Shown here: one piece after another, positions 8,271 to 15,233 of the stretch
How the letters are laid out: the number at the start of each line of letters is the position of its first letter
Numbering within the stretch: the stretch's first letter is position 1
NCBI GenBank assembly: GCA_020833025.1
Contig: JAJHRB010000038.1
Coordinates: 1 to 15,233, forward strand
Origin: Thermoproteaceae archaeon
Lineage (GTDB): Archaea; Thermoproteota; Thermoprotei; Thermoproteales; Thermoproteaceae
Direction of reading: 5' to 3'
DNA: 15,233 nucleotides
Notes under the pieces: generated by a model
Told to the model about the DNA's origin: nothing
Database searches by the model: none
The model's input: only the letters and a program-made list of their open reading frames with translations
Made by a program: the position numbers and the translations under genes

Positions 8271-9394
8271 GACTCGGGGCGCGGCACATAGACGCAAGCT
8301 GGATCCTCGGCAAGGGGGTCGCCGAGCTGCGCGTAGGCGCGAGCTCTGGAGCCGCCGCATATCAGTCTGTACTCGCACCTGCCGCACCTCCCCCGGAACT
8401 CTCCGGCGCGCATTCTCTGGAGCAGCGGGTGCTCCCTGTAGACTCTGATGAGGCTGTCGCGCCGCACGTTGCCGAGCGGGTAGGGCAGGAAGCCGCTTGG
8501 GTGAATTGTGCCGTCGTAGGCCACGAAGACAATCCCGCACCCGTCTCGCGTGGGGACCACTGACTGGTCTACACCGCGCGCAGGCTCGCCAAGCAGCTCT
8601 CTCAGCCTGCCGACGAGCGCATGGTAAAGCGGGTGCTCAAACCGTCTCCCTCTGAGTCTCTCGAGCTTAGCCCTTCTAAAGAACGGCGCCTCTACAGCCC
8701 TCACCTTAATGCCGTACATTGTCACGTCGACGAGAAAGTTGACGGCCGCTTCATACTCCTCCGGCGAGATGTCCAGCTCCTCCCTCGCGCGCCCGGTGAC
8801 CACCAGGAAGAAGAGCTCCCACGCGCTCGCGCCCAGCTCTATCACGAGCTTAGCGAGCTCCGGGAGCTCGGGCAGAGAGCCCCTCCACACTGCAGTGTTC
8901 ACCTGAACGGGAATTCCCATGCTAACGGCGGCCCGTATGACTCTAATCGTGTCCCTAAAGTTGCCGCTGGCCCCACGCAGCCAGTCATGAGTCCTCTCGC
9001 TGGCCCCGTCAAGGCTTATCGACACCGATCTGACGCCGCACTTCTTGAGCGCCTTGAGCGCGTTCTCGCCTAGCGCTTGCGTCACGCTTGGCGCGAGCGC
9101 AACCGGCACGCCGAGGGAGCTGGCATGGTCGATCACGTCAAATAAGTCCTCCCTCATGAGCGGGTCGCCGCCTGTAATTACGAGTAGCGGGGCGGGGCTC
9201 CCGAAGCTTGCCACTTGCTCGACGAGCGCCTTGGCCTCGCGTGTGGTAAGCTCGCCGGGCAGAGGCTTGAGTACCGCATCTGCTCTGCAGTGCTTGCACG
9301 CGAGCCGGCACGCCCTTGTCGACTCCCAGAACACTATCAGGGGGGTCTCGCGGAATCTCTCAAGCAGTCTCTCGGCGCTGCCGGGCGCGCTCAT
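8258..9394 (-). CDS. Radical SAM/SPASM-like protein, NirJ/AhbC/AhbD family (alternative heme pathway candidate)
   Basis: 378 aa. FWESTRACRLACKHC (CxxxCxxC), ITGGDPLMRED, ISLDGA, C-terminal CGRCEYRLICGGSRARA...DPAC. Its start overlaps the hemL stop (ATGA, 9391-9394). Confidence 0.88.
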   Translation of the reverse strand: MSAPGSAERLLERFRETPLIVFWESTRACRLACKHCRADAVLKPLPGELTTREAKALVEQVASFGSPAPLLVITGGDPLMREDLFDVIDHASSLGVPVALAPSVTQALGENALKALKKCGVRSVSISLDGASERTHDWLRGASGNFRDTIRVIRAAVSMGIPVQVNTAVWRGSLPELPELAKLVIELGASAWELFFLVVTGRAREELDISPEEYEAAVNFLVDVTMYGIKVRAVEAPFFRRAKLERLRGRRFEHPLYHALVGRLRELLGEPARGVDQSVVPTRDGCGIVFVAYDGTIHPSGFLPYPLGNVRRDSLIRVYREHPLLQRMRAGEFRGRCGRCEYRLICGGSRARAYAQLGDPLAEDPACVYVPRPESHNS

Positions 9395-10689
9395 GGCGCG
9401 CTGGCGCCGGCCTCGAGTTTCAACTCTCTGAACGCCCTCTCCAGCGCCGCGAGAGTCTCGTCGACAATGTCCCTCGTGTGGGCCGCCGACGTGAAGTTGA
9501 CTTCGTACTGCGACGGCGTCAGGTAAACGCCGTGCCTCAGAGCAACTTCGTGAAGCTTGAAGTACAGCTTCTCGTTGCTCTCCCTGACGTCCTGCGGCGT
9601 CTTAATGTCGCCCCTCTTGAAGTAGAGCTGGAACATTGACGCGATATGTTTCACGACAACATCGAAGCCAGCGCGCCCGGCGATATCCTCCACTCCTCGG
9701 GCGAGTCTCTCCGCGGCCTCGTTTGCTATTGCGTACGGCTCGCCGCGCTCGAGCTCCTCGATGACGGCGATGCCGGCGGCGATAGACACAGGGTGCGCGT
9801 TGAAGGTGCCGGCATTGTAAACGGGCCCGCTCGGCGTCACTAGCTCCATAATCTCCGACCTCCCGCCGAACACGCCGATCGGAAAGCCGCCGCCAATTAC
9901 CTTGCCAAGTGTTGTCAGCTCGGGCATCACTCCGAAGTACCCCTGCGCGCCCGAGAGCCCGACCCTGAATCCCGTGATTATCTCGTCAAATATGAGCAGC
10001 GCGCCGACTCTCTCGCTCTCCTCTCTCAGCGCCTTTATGAACTCCCTGTCCGGAATTATCAAGCCGCAGTTCCCAGCCACCGGCTCGACTATGATGGCCG
10101 CCAGGCGCTCTCCCACCTCCCTCACGGCCTTGATGAGCGCATCGGCGTCATTGTAGGGCACGACCACTGTGAGCCTGACCACGTCCCGCGGAACTCCGGC
10201 ACTGATGGGCACGCCCCACGTGGCGGCGCCTGAGCCCGCTCTGACAAGCACGTAGTCGTGCGAGCCGTGGAAGTTCCCGTCAAACTTGATTATTACATCG
10301 CGCTTGGTGTACGCGCGCGCAAGCCTTATTGCGTTCATTGTGGCCTCGGTCCCGCTGTTAACTATGCGCATCTTCTCTACCGAGGGGACGTGTGCCCGGA
10401 TTTTCTCGGCAAATACAACCTCCCTCTCCGTCAGCAGCGCGTATATCCAGCCGCTCTCTAGCTGCCCCATCACGGCCTCCCTCACCCTTGGGTGCGCGTG
10501 CCCCAGTATGATCGCCCCAAATGCCATGCAGTAGTCAATGAGTCTCCCTCTGTCCGTGTGAAGGTAGGGGCCCGAGGCGCCGAGCGCCACGAGCGGCGCG
10601 CCGAGATGCTTTAAGGCTCTTGCTGGCGAGTTCACGCCGCCCGGAAAGACTCTTCTCGCCCTCTCAACGATCTCGCTGAAGCGCGTCAC
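9391..10689 (-). CDS. hemL: Glutamate-1-semialdehyde 2,1-aminomutase
   Basis: PGGVNSPARA, IILGHAHP, NSGTEATMNAIRLAR, FDGNFHGSHD, DEIITGFR, PLP lysine in TTLGKVIGGG, AGTFNAHP. GTG 10689 fits TATA spacing; GTG 10698 is the alternative start. Confidence 0.98.
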   Translation of the reverse strand: MTRFSEIVERARRVFPGGVNSPARALKHLGAPLVALGASGPYLHTDRGRLIDYCMAFGAIILGHAHPRVREAVMGQLESGWIYALLTEREVVFAEKIRAHVPSVEKMRIVNSGTEATMNAIRLARAYTKRDVIIKFDGNFHGSHDYVLVRAGSGAATWGVPISAGVPRDVVRLTVVVPYNDADALIKAVREVGERLAAIIVEPVAGNCGLIIPDREFIKALREESERVGALLIFDEIITGFRVGLSGAQGYFGVMPELTTLGKVIGGGFPIGVFGGRSEIMELVTPSGPVYNAGTFNAHPVSIAAGIAVIEELERGEPYAIANEAAERLARGVEDIAGRAGFDVVVKHIASMFQLYFKRGDIKTPQDVRESNEKLYFKLHEVALRHGVYLTPSQYEVNFTSAAHTRDIVDETLAALERAFRELKLEAGASAP

Positions 10690-10708
10690 GCACTTCACCG
10701 CGCTGCAA

Positions 10709-10716
10709 TATTTATT
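10709..10716 (-). promoter_or_regulatory. TATA-like element for hemL
   Basis: Minus strand AATAAATA, 27-20 nt upstream of GTG 10689. Confidence 0.55.
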
Positions 10717-10860
10717 CGCTTGAGCGGGCCGGCCCGCGCTCTAACAGCCTGACAGGCGGCTCCCGGCGCGCCGCTGAGACCAAGCGGCGCTGGTGAGGGG
10801 GCGGCCGCTGCCATTGCCGCGGGCGGCTGGATCCAACTACTCTTCTCTGTGCCCGAATAC

Positions 10861-10867
10861 TTATTTA
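10861..10867 (+). promoter_or_regulatory. BRE/TATA-like promoter, plus strand
   Basis: cgaatac-TTATTTA begins 27 nt upstream of ATG 10888. Confidence 0.5.
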
Positions 10868-10887
10868 GCCTGACGCTACTCTAGCGC

Positions 10888-11052
10888 ATGGAGGGGCGCC
10901 TACTGCCGGGCGAAAGGCCTGCCAGGCACCGCCGCCCTGCTGTCCGCTGGCTGCCTTCGGCTAGTGCTGATGCGCCGTGCCAGACGAGACTCCACTCCAG
11001 GAGGCCTAGTGCGCCTCGGACCCCCTGCCCCCCGAGGAGCTGCGGGAATTGA
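10888..11052 (+). CDS. Possible 54-aa Arg/Pro-rich leader ORF (may instead be a non-coding leader)
   Basis: MEGRLLPGERPARHRRPAVRWLPSASADAPCQTRLHSRRPSAPRTPCPPRSCGN*. The ATG sits at leaderless distance from the TATA-like box, but the composition is not protein-like. Confidence 0.2.
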   Translation: MEGRLLPGERPARHRRPAVRWLPSASADAPCQTRLHSRRPSAPRTPCPPRSCGN

Positions 11053-11067
11053 GGGAGCGCGGCTGCA

Positions 11068-11265
11068 ATGGAATACCTCCACGCGCTGCTTATAGCCACG
11101 GCGGCTTACGCTGCCGCCGTCACTGCGACGTATCTCGCGCTGCTGAGAAAAGCACCGCCGGAGTTCAGAAGGCGCAGGAGGGCCAGAGTCAAGGAGGTGG
11201 TTGCAATAGTATTACTGGTACTTATGTTCTTCGCCGTGGGCTACCTCATTAAGCAATTTGTCTAG
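11068..11265 (+). CDS. Small hypothetical membrane protein (2 predicted TM helices)
   Basis: 65 aa. Two hydrophobic stretches flank a basic loop (RKAPPEFRRRRRARVKE). SD-like GAGGGAG at 11051-11057. Confidence 0.7.
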   Translation: MEYLHALLIATAAYAAAVTATYLALLRKAPPEFRRRRRARVKEVVAIVLLVLMFFAVGYLIKQFV

Positions 11266-11547
11266 CTCTGGGAGTACATCGTCTGGGCTGTCTGGGCCGA
11301 TGTACTTTACATTTATGAGCTGAACTCCACCCGGGAACTGAAAATAGACAAACTCGCAAGTCCCGCGCAGCAAGGCCCTCTTCGTCACAAGTATCTTGTA
11401 GCGCTCCCCGATTTGCAGGACCTCTGCGTTGTTTGGAGGCTCTTTCAGCTGTCTGAAGATGTCGACGGAGATGACGTAACAGCCGCCCTCCTCAATTATG
11501 CGAATTCTCGGCACGCCCCTACCATCCACATGCACTCTGACCGTCAC
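11212..11547 (-). CDS. Hypothetical protein (beta-rich, 111 aa)
   Basis: Protein-like composition (EFVYFQFPGGVQLINVKYIGPD), lower GC than the flanks, TATA-like element upstream. 54-bp convergent overlap with the small membrane gene. Confidence 0.75.
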   Translation of the reverse strand: MTVRVHVDGRGVPRIRIIEEGGCYVISVDIFRQLKEPPNNAEVLQIGERYKILVTKRALLRGTCEFVYFQFPGGVQLINVKYIGPDSPDDVLPELDKLLNEVAHGEEHKYQ

Positions 11548-11571
11548 GGAAAGAGTGAGGAGGAGAGGAGA

Positions 11572-11577
11572 CTAAAA
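11572..11577 (-). promoter_or_regulatory. TATA-like element (TTTTAG) for the 111-aa gene
   Basis: 30-25 nt upstream of GTG 11547. Confidence 0.4.
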
Positions 11578-11697
11578 GGGGAACTGTGGACTGGCAGTCC
11601 ATTAACGCCCCCACCTCCCCGCCGCTCCCGGCGCCGGCCCTCTCGCGTGTCGCGGCGCGCCGCCGCTGGGCAGGCGCCGGAATGAGCGCGGCGGGGA

Positions 11698-11712
11698 GAT
11701 GAGGACCTCATC
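11698..11712. repeat. 15-bp palindrome GATGAGG-A-CCTCATC
   Basis: Perfect 7-1-7 inverted repeat read directly from the sequence. Confidence 0.9.
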
Positions 11713-11933
11713 GCGAAAGTTATCGCCACCGGCAATTACTCCACTCACAGGAGCGGGGAGGCCGGGCTGCCGATCCAGAGCCGCGGTCCGCAGTGAGGCC
11801 GGCTGCTGGCGCTCAGGCGACGCGCGGAAGCCGGCGGGGCGCCCGCCCGGGAGAGCGCGGCGCGCTCCGGCATTTTGCGTCCCGCGCTCTTGAGGAGCGG
11901 CTGCGGCGGAGGAGGGCGTCTCTCTGCCCCCGC

Positions 11934-12809
11934 TCATAGGCGTGCCAGCGTGAGAGCAAAGAGCACGATTACCAGCGCGGCGCTGGGGCACAGCCACGGC
12001 ACCGCGACGTACGCGAAGTGCGCGAGAGATGCGGAGAGCAGCGCGACCGACACTGCCAGTGGTATCTGCTCGAGCAGCGCGTGGCTGTGCCTCGATGCGG
12101 CAGCTCCCGGCAGTATTAAAAGTGCCGCTGGCATTAACACGCCGAGCGTGTACACGCTCGCGGCAATTGCCAGCGACATTGACGCGATGAACGCGTAATC
12201 CAGCCGCCTCACTCTTATCCCGACGGCCTCTGCAAAGTGCTCGTCAAGCGCCGCGTAGAGGTGCTTAACCCCGCAAAGCGCCGGGAACGCGAGCGCGGGG
12301 GCGAGTAAGGGCAGCTGCGCGATCACGTCTTGTCTGGTTATGAGCACGTACTCGCCGGCAATTAGGGAGACAGGGTCCAGCGCAGCGCTCCCGGAGTACC
12401 TCACGAGATAGAGCAGCGCAGCGGCTGTGGCTAGCTGCAGCGATACTACAACGCCAGTCGCGACGTCCCTCTTGAGTCTGAGTCTCTCCGCCGCGATCGT
12501 GAGATAGTTTAAAGCGAGCAAGAGCGCCAGAGTCGTTGCGTAGAACGCCGCGGGGCGCCCAGGCCCGGCGACTGGCAGAGAGATAACCGCGGCGGCGAGC
12601 GCGGCTGCGAGAACGGCGTGGGCCTGCGCGTGAGCTAAGAATGCCATTCTGCGGTGAATTGCGAGCGGGCTGTGTGCTGCCAGCACCGCGGACGTGATGT
12701 AGAGAGAGATTAGTGGCCAGAAGACGTACGGCACGCAAAGCCATGCGTGCACCGCCGCGGCGGTTGCCAGAGTGGCGGCGGCCGCCAGGGCGCGCAGCGC
12801 CGGCCTCAC
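11934..12809 (-). CDS. ABC-3 family metal (Mn/Zn/Fe) transporter permease, ZnuB/MntB-like
   Basis: 291 aa, multiple TM segments. RRMAFLAHAQAHAVLAA aligns with the family RRMSxxGDxxSHA motif; DVATG, FAEAVGI and LLILPGAAA motifs present. Confidence 0.85.
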   Translation of the reverse strand: MRPALRALAAAATLATAAAVHAWLCVPYVFWPLISLYITSAVLAAHSPLAIHRRMAFLAHAQAHAVLAAALAAAVISLPVAGPGRPAAFYATTLALLLALNYLTIAAERLRLKRDVATGVVVSLQLATAAALLYLVRYSGSAALDPVSLIAGEYVLITRQDVIAQLPLLAPALAFPALCGVKHLYAALDEHFAEAVGIRVRRLDYAFIASMSLAIAASVYTLGVLMPAALLILPGAAASRHSHALLEQIPLAVSVALLSASLAHFAYVAVPWLCPSAALVIVLFALTLARL

Positions 12810-12829
12810 GCTCCCAGGGGTGCCTGCCC

Positions 12830-12836
12830 TTAATTA
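12830..12836 (-). promoter_or_regulatory. TATA-like element for the permease
   Basis: Minus strand TAATTAA, 27-21 nt upstream of GTG 12809. Confidence 0.55.
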
Positions 12837-12988
12837 GTCGCGCCGCTCTCCCGCGCCCGTTGAGCCTCTAGCGCCTTCACTAGCCACTCAATTATGCAGC
12901 CGTGCGCTGTCCCGGGCTCACGCGGCACTCCCTCGAGACATTTCAAGTACCTTTCCGCCAGTCCCACGCACCGGCCGCGGGCAATGGA

Positions 12989-12994
12989 TTATAA
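12989..12994 (+). promoter_or_regulatory. TATA box for polB
   Basis: TTATAA, 28-23 nt upstream of GTG 13017. Confidence 0.65.
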
Positions 12995-13016
12995 CTAAGT
13001 TGCGCACTACAGACGC

Positions 13017-15233
13017 GTGAAACTCAGAGTGTGGCCGCTCGACATGACATACACCGTTGTCAGCGAGGTGCCCGAGGTGCGCGTTTTCTGCATCACCGAG
13101 AGCGGCGAGCGCGCCGTCATAGTGGACAGATCCTTCCGGCCGTACTTCTACGTTGACTGCCAGTCGTGCGACCCGGCGTCCGTAAAGGCACAGCTCTCGC
13201 GCGTGGCTTACGTGGAGGACGTGCAGTCAGTTGAGAGGAAACTGCTGGGGAAGCCCAAGAGGCTTCTGAAAGTCGTGGCGAGAGTGCCGGAGGACGTGAG
13301 GCGCCTGAGAGAGGCCGCGGCGAAATTGCTGGGAGCGCTGGGAGTTTACGAGGCAGACATACGCTTCTACATGCGCTACGCAGTAGATAAAGGAGTCGTG
13401 CCGTGCAGCTGGAACGTCGTTGAGGTCGAGAGCGCCGGGACTCTCGGGAGGTACGCGGCCTACACAGCGATTGAGTGGCTCGGCGCCTTCGGCGGCATAC
13501 CGCCGCCTCTGCGCATTATTGCATTCGACATCGAGGTCTACAACGAGAGAGGGACTCCGGACCCCGCCAGGGATCCGGTCATAATGATTGCCGTGAAGAC
13601 GGGCGAGGGGAGGGAGGAGCTCTTCGAGGCGTCAGGCAGAGACGACAGACAGGCTCTCCGCGCGTTCGTCGAGCTCATAAAAGAGTACGACCCCGACGTG
13701 ATCATCGGCTACAACTCCAACAAGTTCGACTGGCCTTACTTATCAAGGCGCGCCGAGGCTGTGGGAGTGCCGCTGAGAGTTGACAGGCTGGGGCGCGCCC
13801 CCCAGCAGAGCGTCTACGGGCACTGGTCCATAGTCGGCAGGGCAAACGTAGACCTTTACAACATCGTCGAGGAGTTCCCGGAAATAAAGGTAAAGACTCT
13901 GGACAGGGTTGCCGAGTACTTCGGCATTATGAAAAGGGACGAGAGAGTTTTAGTACCGGGGCACAAGATATATGAATACTGGAGAGACCCCGCCAAGAGA
14001 CCGCTGCTCAGGCAGTATGCGCTGGACGACGTGAGGTCGACTCTCGGGCTCGCCGAGAGGCTCCTGCCCTTCCTCGTTGAGCTGGCGGCAGTATCGGGGC
14101 TCCCGCTAGACCAGGTCGCCGCTGCCAGCGTGGGCAGCCGGGTCGAGTGGATGTTGATGCGTTACGCCTACCGCACGGGAGAGATAGCGCCGAACAGGGA
14201 GGAGCGGGAGTACGAGCCGTATAGGGGAGCGATCGTGCTCGAGCCGAGGCCGGGGCTCTACAGCGACGTCCTCGTGCTCGACTTCACGTCGATGTACCCA
14301 AACATCATGATGAGGTACAACTTGTCTCCGGACACATACATAGAGCCAGGCGAGCCGGAGCCCCCCGAGGGCGTTTATGTGGTGCCGGAAGTAGGTCGCA
14401 GGTTCAGAAAGAGCCCAGAGGGCTTCATGCCCCTAGTGCTCAAGCACCTTGTCGAGCTTCGGCGCGCAGTGAGGGAGGAGATGAAGGAATACCAGCCGGA
14501 CTCCCCGGAGCGAAGGGTTCTCGAGGAGAGGCAGAGAGCCCTCAAGGTTATGGCAAATGCCATATACGGCTACACGGGCTGGATAGGAGCCAGGTGGTAC
14601 AAGAGAGAGGTCGCGGAGTCGGTGACGGCATTTGCTAGGAGCATAATGAGCGACGTAATACAGTTCGCGCGAGAGATTGGAATAACCGTGATATACGGCG
14701 ACACTGACAGCCTCTTCATCGCGAAGAGCGACAGCGCCGAAAAGCTGGCATCGTACGTCGAGAGCAAGTATGGCATTGAGATAAAAATTGACAAGGACTA
14801 CGAGAGGGTCTTGTTCACAGAGGCCAAAAAGAGGTACGCGGGGCTCGTGAGAGACGGGCGCATTGACATAGTCGGGTTTGAGGTGGTGAGAGGCGACTGG
14901 AGCGAGGTCGCGAAGGAAGTGCAGCTCAGGGTGATAGAGATCATCCTCAAGTCGAGGGACGCGCGCGAGGCAAGACGCGCCGTTGTAGATTACATGCGCA
15001 GCGTGATAGAGAAGCTGAAGAATTACAGGTTTGAGCTCGATGACGTCATTATATGGAAATCCCTCGACAAGGAGCTGGGCGAGTATAAGGTGCTGCCGCC
15101 TCACGTACGCGCGGCACTGCTGTTAAGGAGGCACGGCTTCAGAGTCCAGAGGGGGGGCACCATAGGCTACGTCATAGTCAAGGGCGGGGGCAAGGTGTCA
15201 GACAGGGCCGTGCCGTATATTCTTGTAGACGAC
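13017..15233 (+). CDS. polB: Family B DNA polymerase (crenarchaeal PolB3 type), 3' partial, 739 codons in window
   Basis: My translation: MKLRVWPLDMTY...FRPYFY; Exo I FDIEVY, Exo II GYNSNKFDWPY, Exo III YALDDV; polymerase motifs DFTSMYP, KVMANAIYGY, YGDTDS, KKRYAG. No stop before the window end and no intein at the motif A/B/C sites. Confidence 0.99.
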   Translation, partial: MKLRVWPLDMTYTVVSEVPEVRVFCITESGERAVIVDRSFRPYFYVDCQSCDPASVKAQLSRVAYVEDVQSVERKLLGKPKRLLKVVARVPEDVRRLREAAAKLLGALGVYEADIRFYMRYAVDKGVVPCSWNVVEVESAGTLGRYAAYTAIEWLGAFGGIPPPLRIIAFDIEVYNERGTPDPARDPVIMIAVKTGEGREELFEASGRDDRQALRAFVELIKEYDPDVIIGYNSNKFDWPYLSRRAEAVGVPLRVDRLGRAPQQSVYGHWSIVGRANVDLYNIVEEFPEIKVKTLDRVAEYFGIMKRDERVLVPGHKIYEYWRDPAKRPLLRQYALDDVRSTLGLAERLLPFLVELAAVSGLPLDQVAAASVGSRVEWMLMRYAYRTGEIAPNREEREYEPYRGAIVLEPRPGLYSDVLVLDFTSMYPNIMMRYNLSPDTYIEPGEPEPPEGVYVVPEVGRRFRKSPEGFMPLVLKHLVELRRAVREEMKEYQPDSPERRVLEERQRALKVMANAIYGYTGWIGARWYKREVAESVTAFARSIMSDVIQFAREIGITVIYGDTDSLFIAKSDSAEKLASYVESKYGIEIKIDKDYERVLFTEAKKRYAGLVRDGRIDIVGFEVVRGDWSEVAKEVQLRVIEIILKSRDAREARRAVVDYMRSVIEKLKNYRFELDDVIIWKSLDKELGEYKVLPPHVRAALLLRRHGFRVQRGGTIGYVIVKGGGKVSDRAVPYILVDD

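Noticed and set aside
5659-8563. Plus-strand ORFs over acnA and the radical SAM gene (e.g. 5886-6557)
   Set aside because: Antisense shadows typical of GC-rich DNA, with no motifs.
10749-10777. Two CTGA boxes 21 nt apart as a C/D sRNA
   Set aside because: No recognisable C or C' box.
11602-12198. ORFs 11602-11997, 11699-11893, 11875-12198
   Set aside because: Low-complexity translations of GC-rich spacer or antisense to the permease.
13155-13170. CxxC (CQSC) in the PolB N-terminal domain
   Set aside because: As I recall, Pyrobaculum PolB3 orthologs carry a similar CxxC here, so it is probably a family trait.
14375-15104. Minus-strand ORFs 14375-14563, 14433-15104, 14570-14794 and plus ORF 13475-13783
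   Set aside because: Antisense or off-frame shadows of polB.

Overview
Archaeal chromosomal DNA. The PolB3, HemL and PyrG sequence style, leaderless TATA spacing and frequent GTG starts suggest Thermoproteaceae (Pyrobaculum/Thermoproteus-like); the taxon is inferred. Housekeeping genes in order: 5'-open TtuA/Ncs6-like tRNA thiolase ORF (+), DUF1152-like protein (-), SDR epimerase (-), pyrG (-), type I phosphoribosyltransferase (+), aconitase A (-), NirJ/Ahb-like radical SAM (-), hemL (-), small 2-TM protein (+), hypothetical protein (-), orphan ABC-3 metal permease (-), and family B DNA polymerase PolB3 (+, 13017 to window end, absent from the ORF track). No CRISPR array, IS, rRNA or intact tRNA was seen. 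Most interesting points: (1) a candidate box C/D sRNA upstream of pyrG with one spacer antisense to a tRNA T-arm and the other to the 16S decoding-site sequence; (2) the TtuA-like ORF has a hydrophobic segment where the SGGKDS PP-loop should be; (3) two stop codons that appear to double as TATA boxes for the next gene; (4) long, very GC-rich spacers containing recurrent 15-bp palindromes; (5) an Arg-to-Ile change in the PyrG GTP-activation motif.
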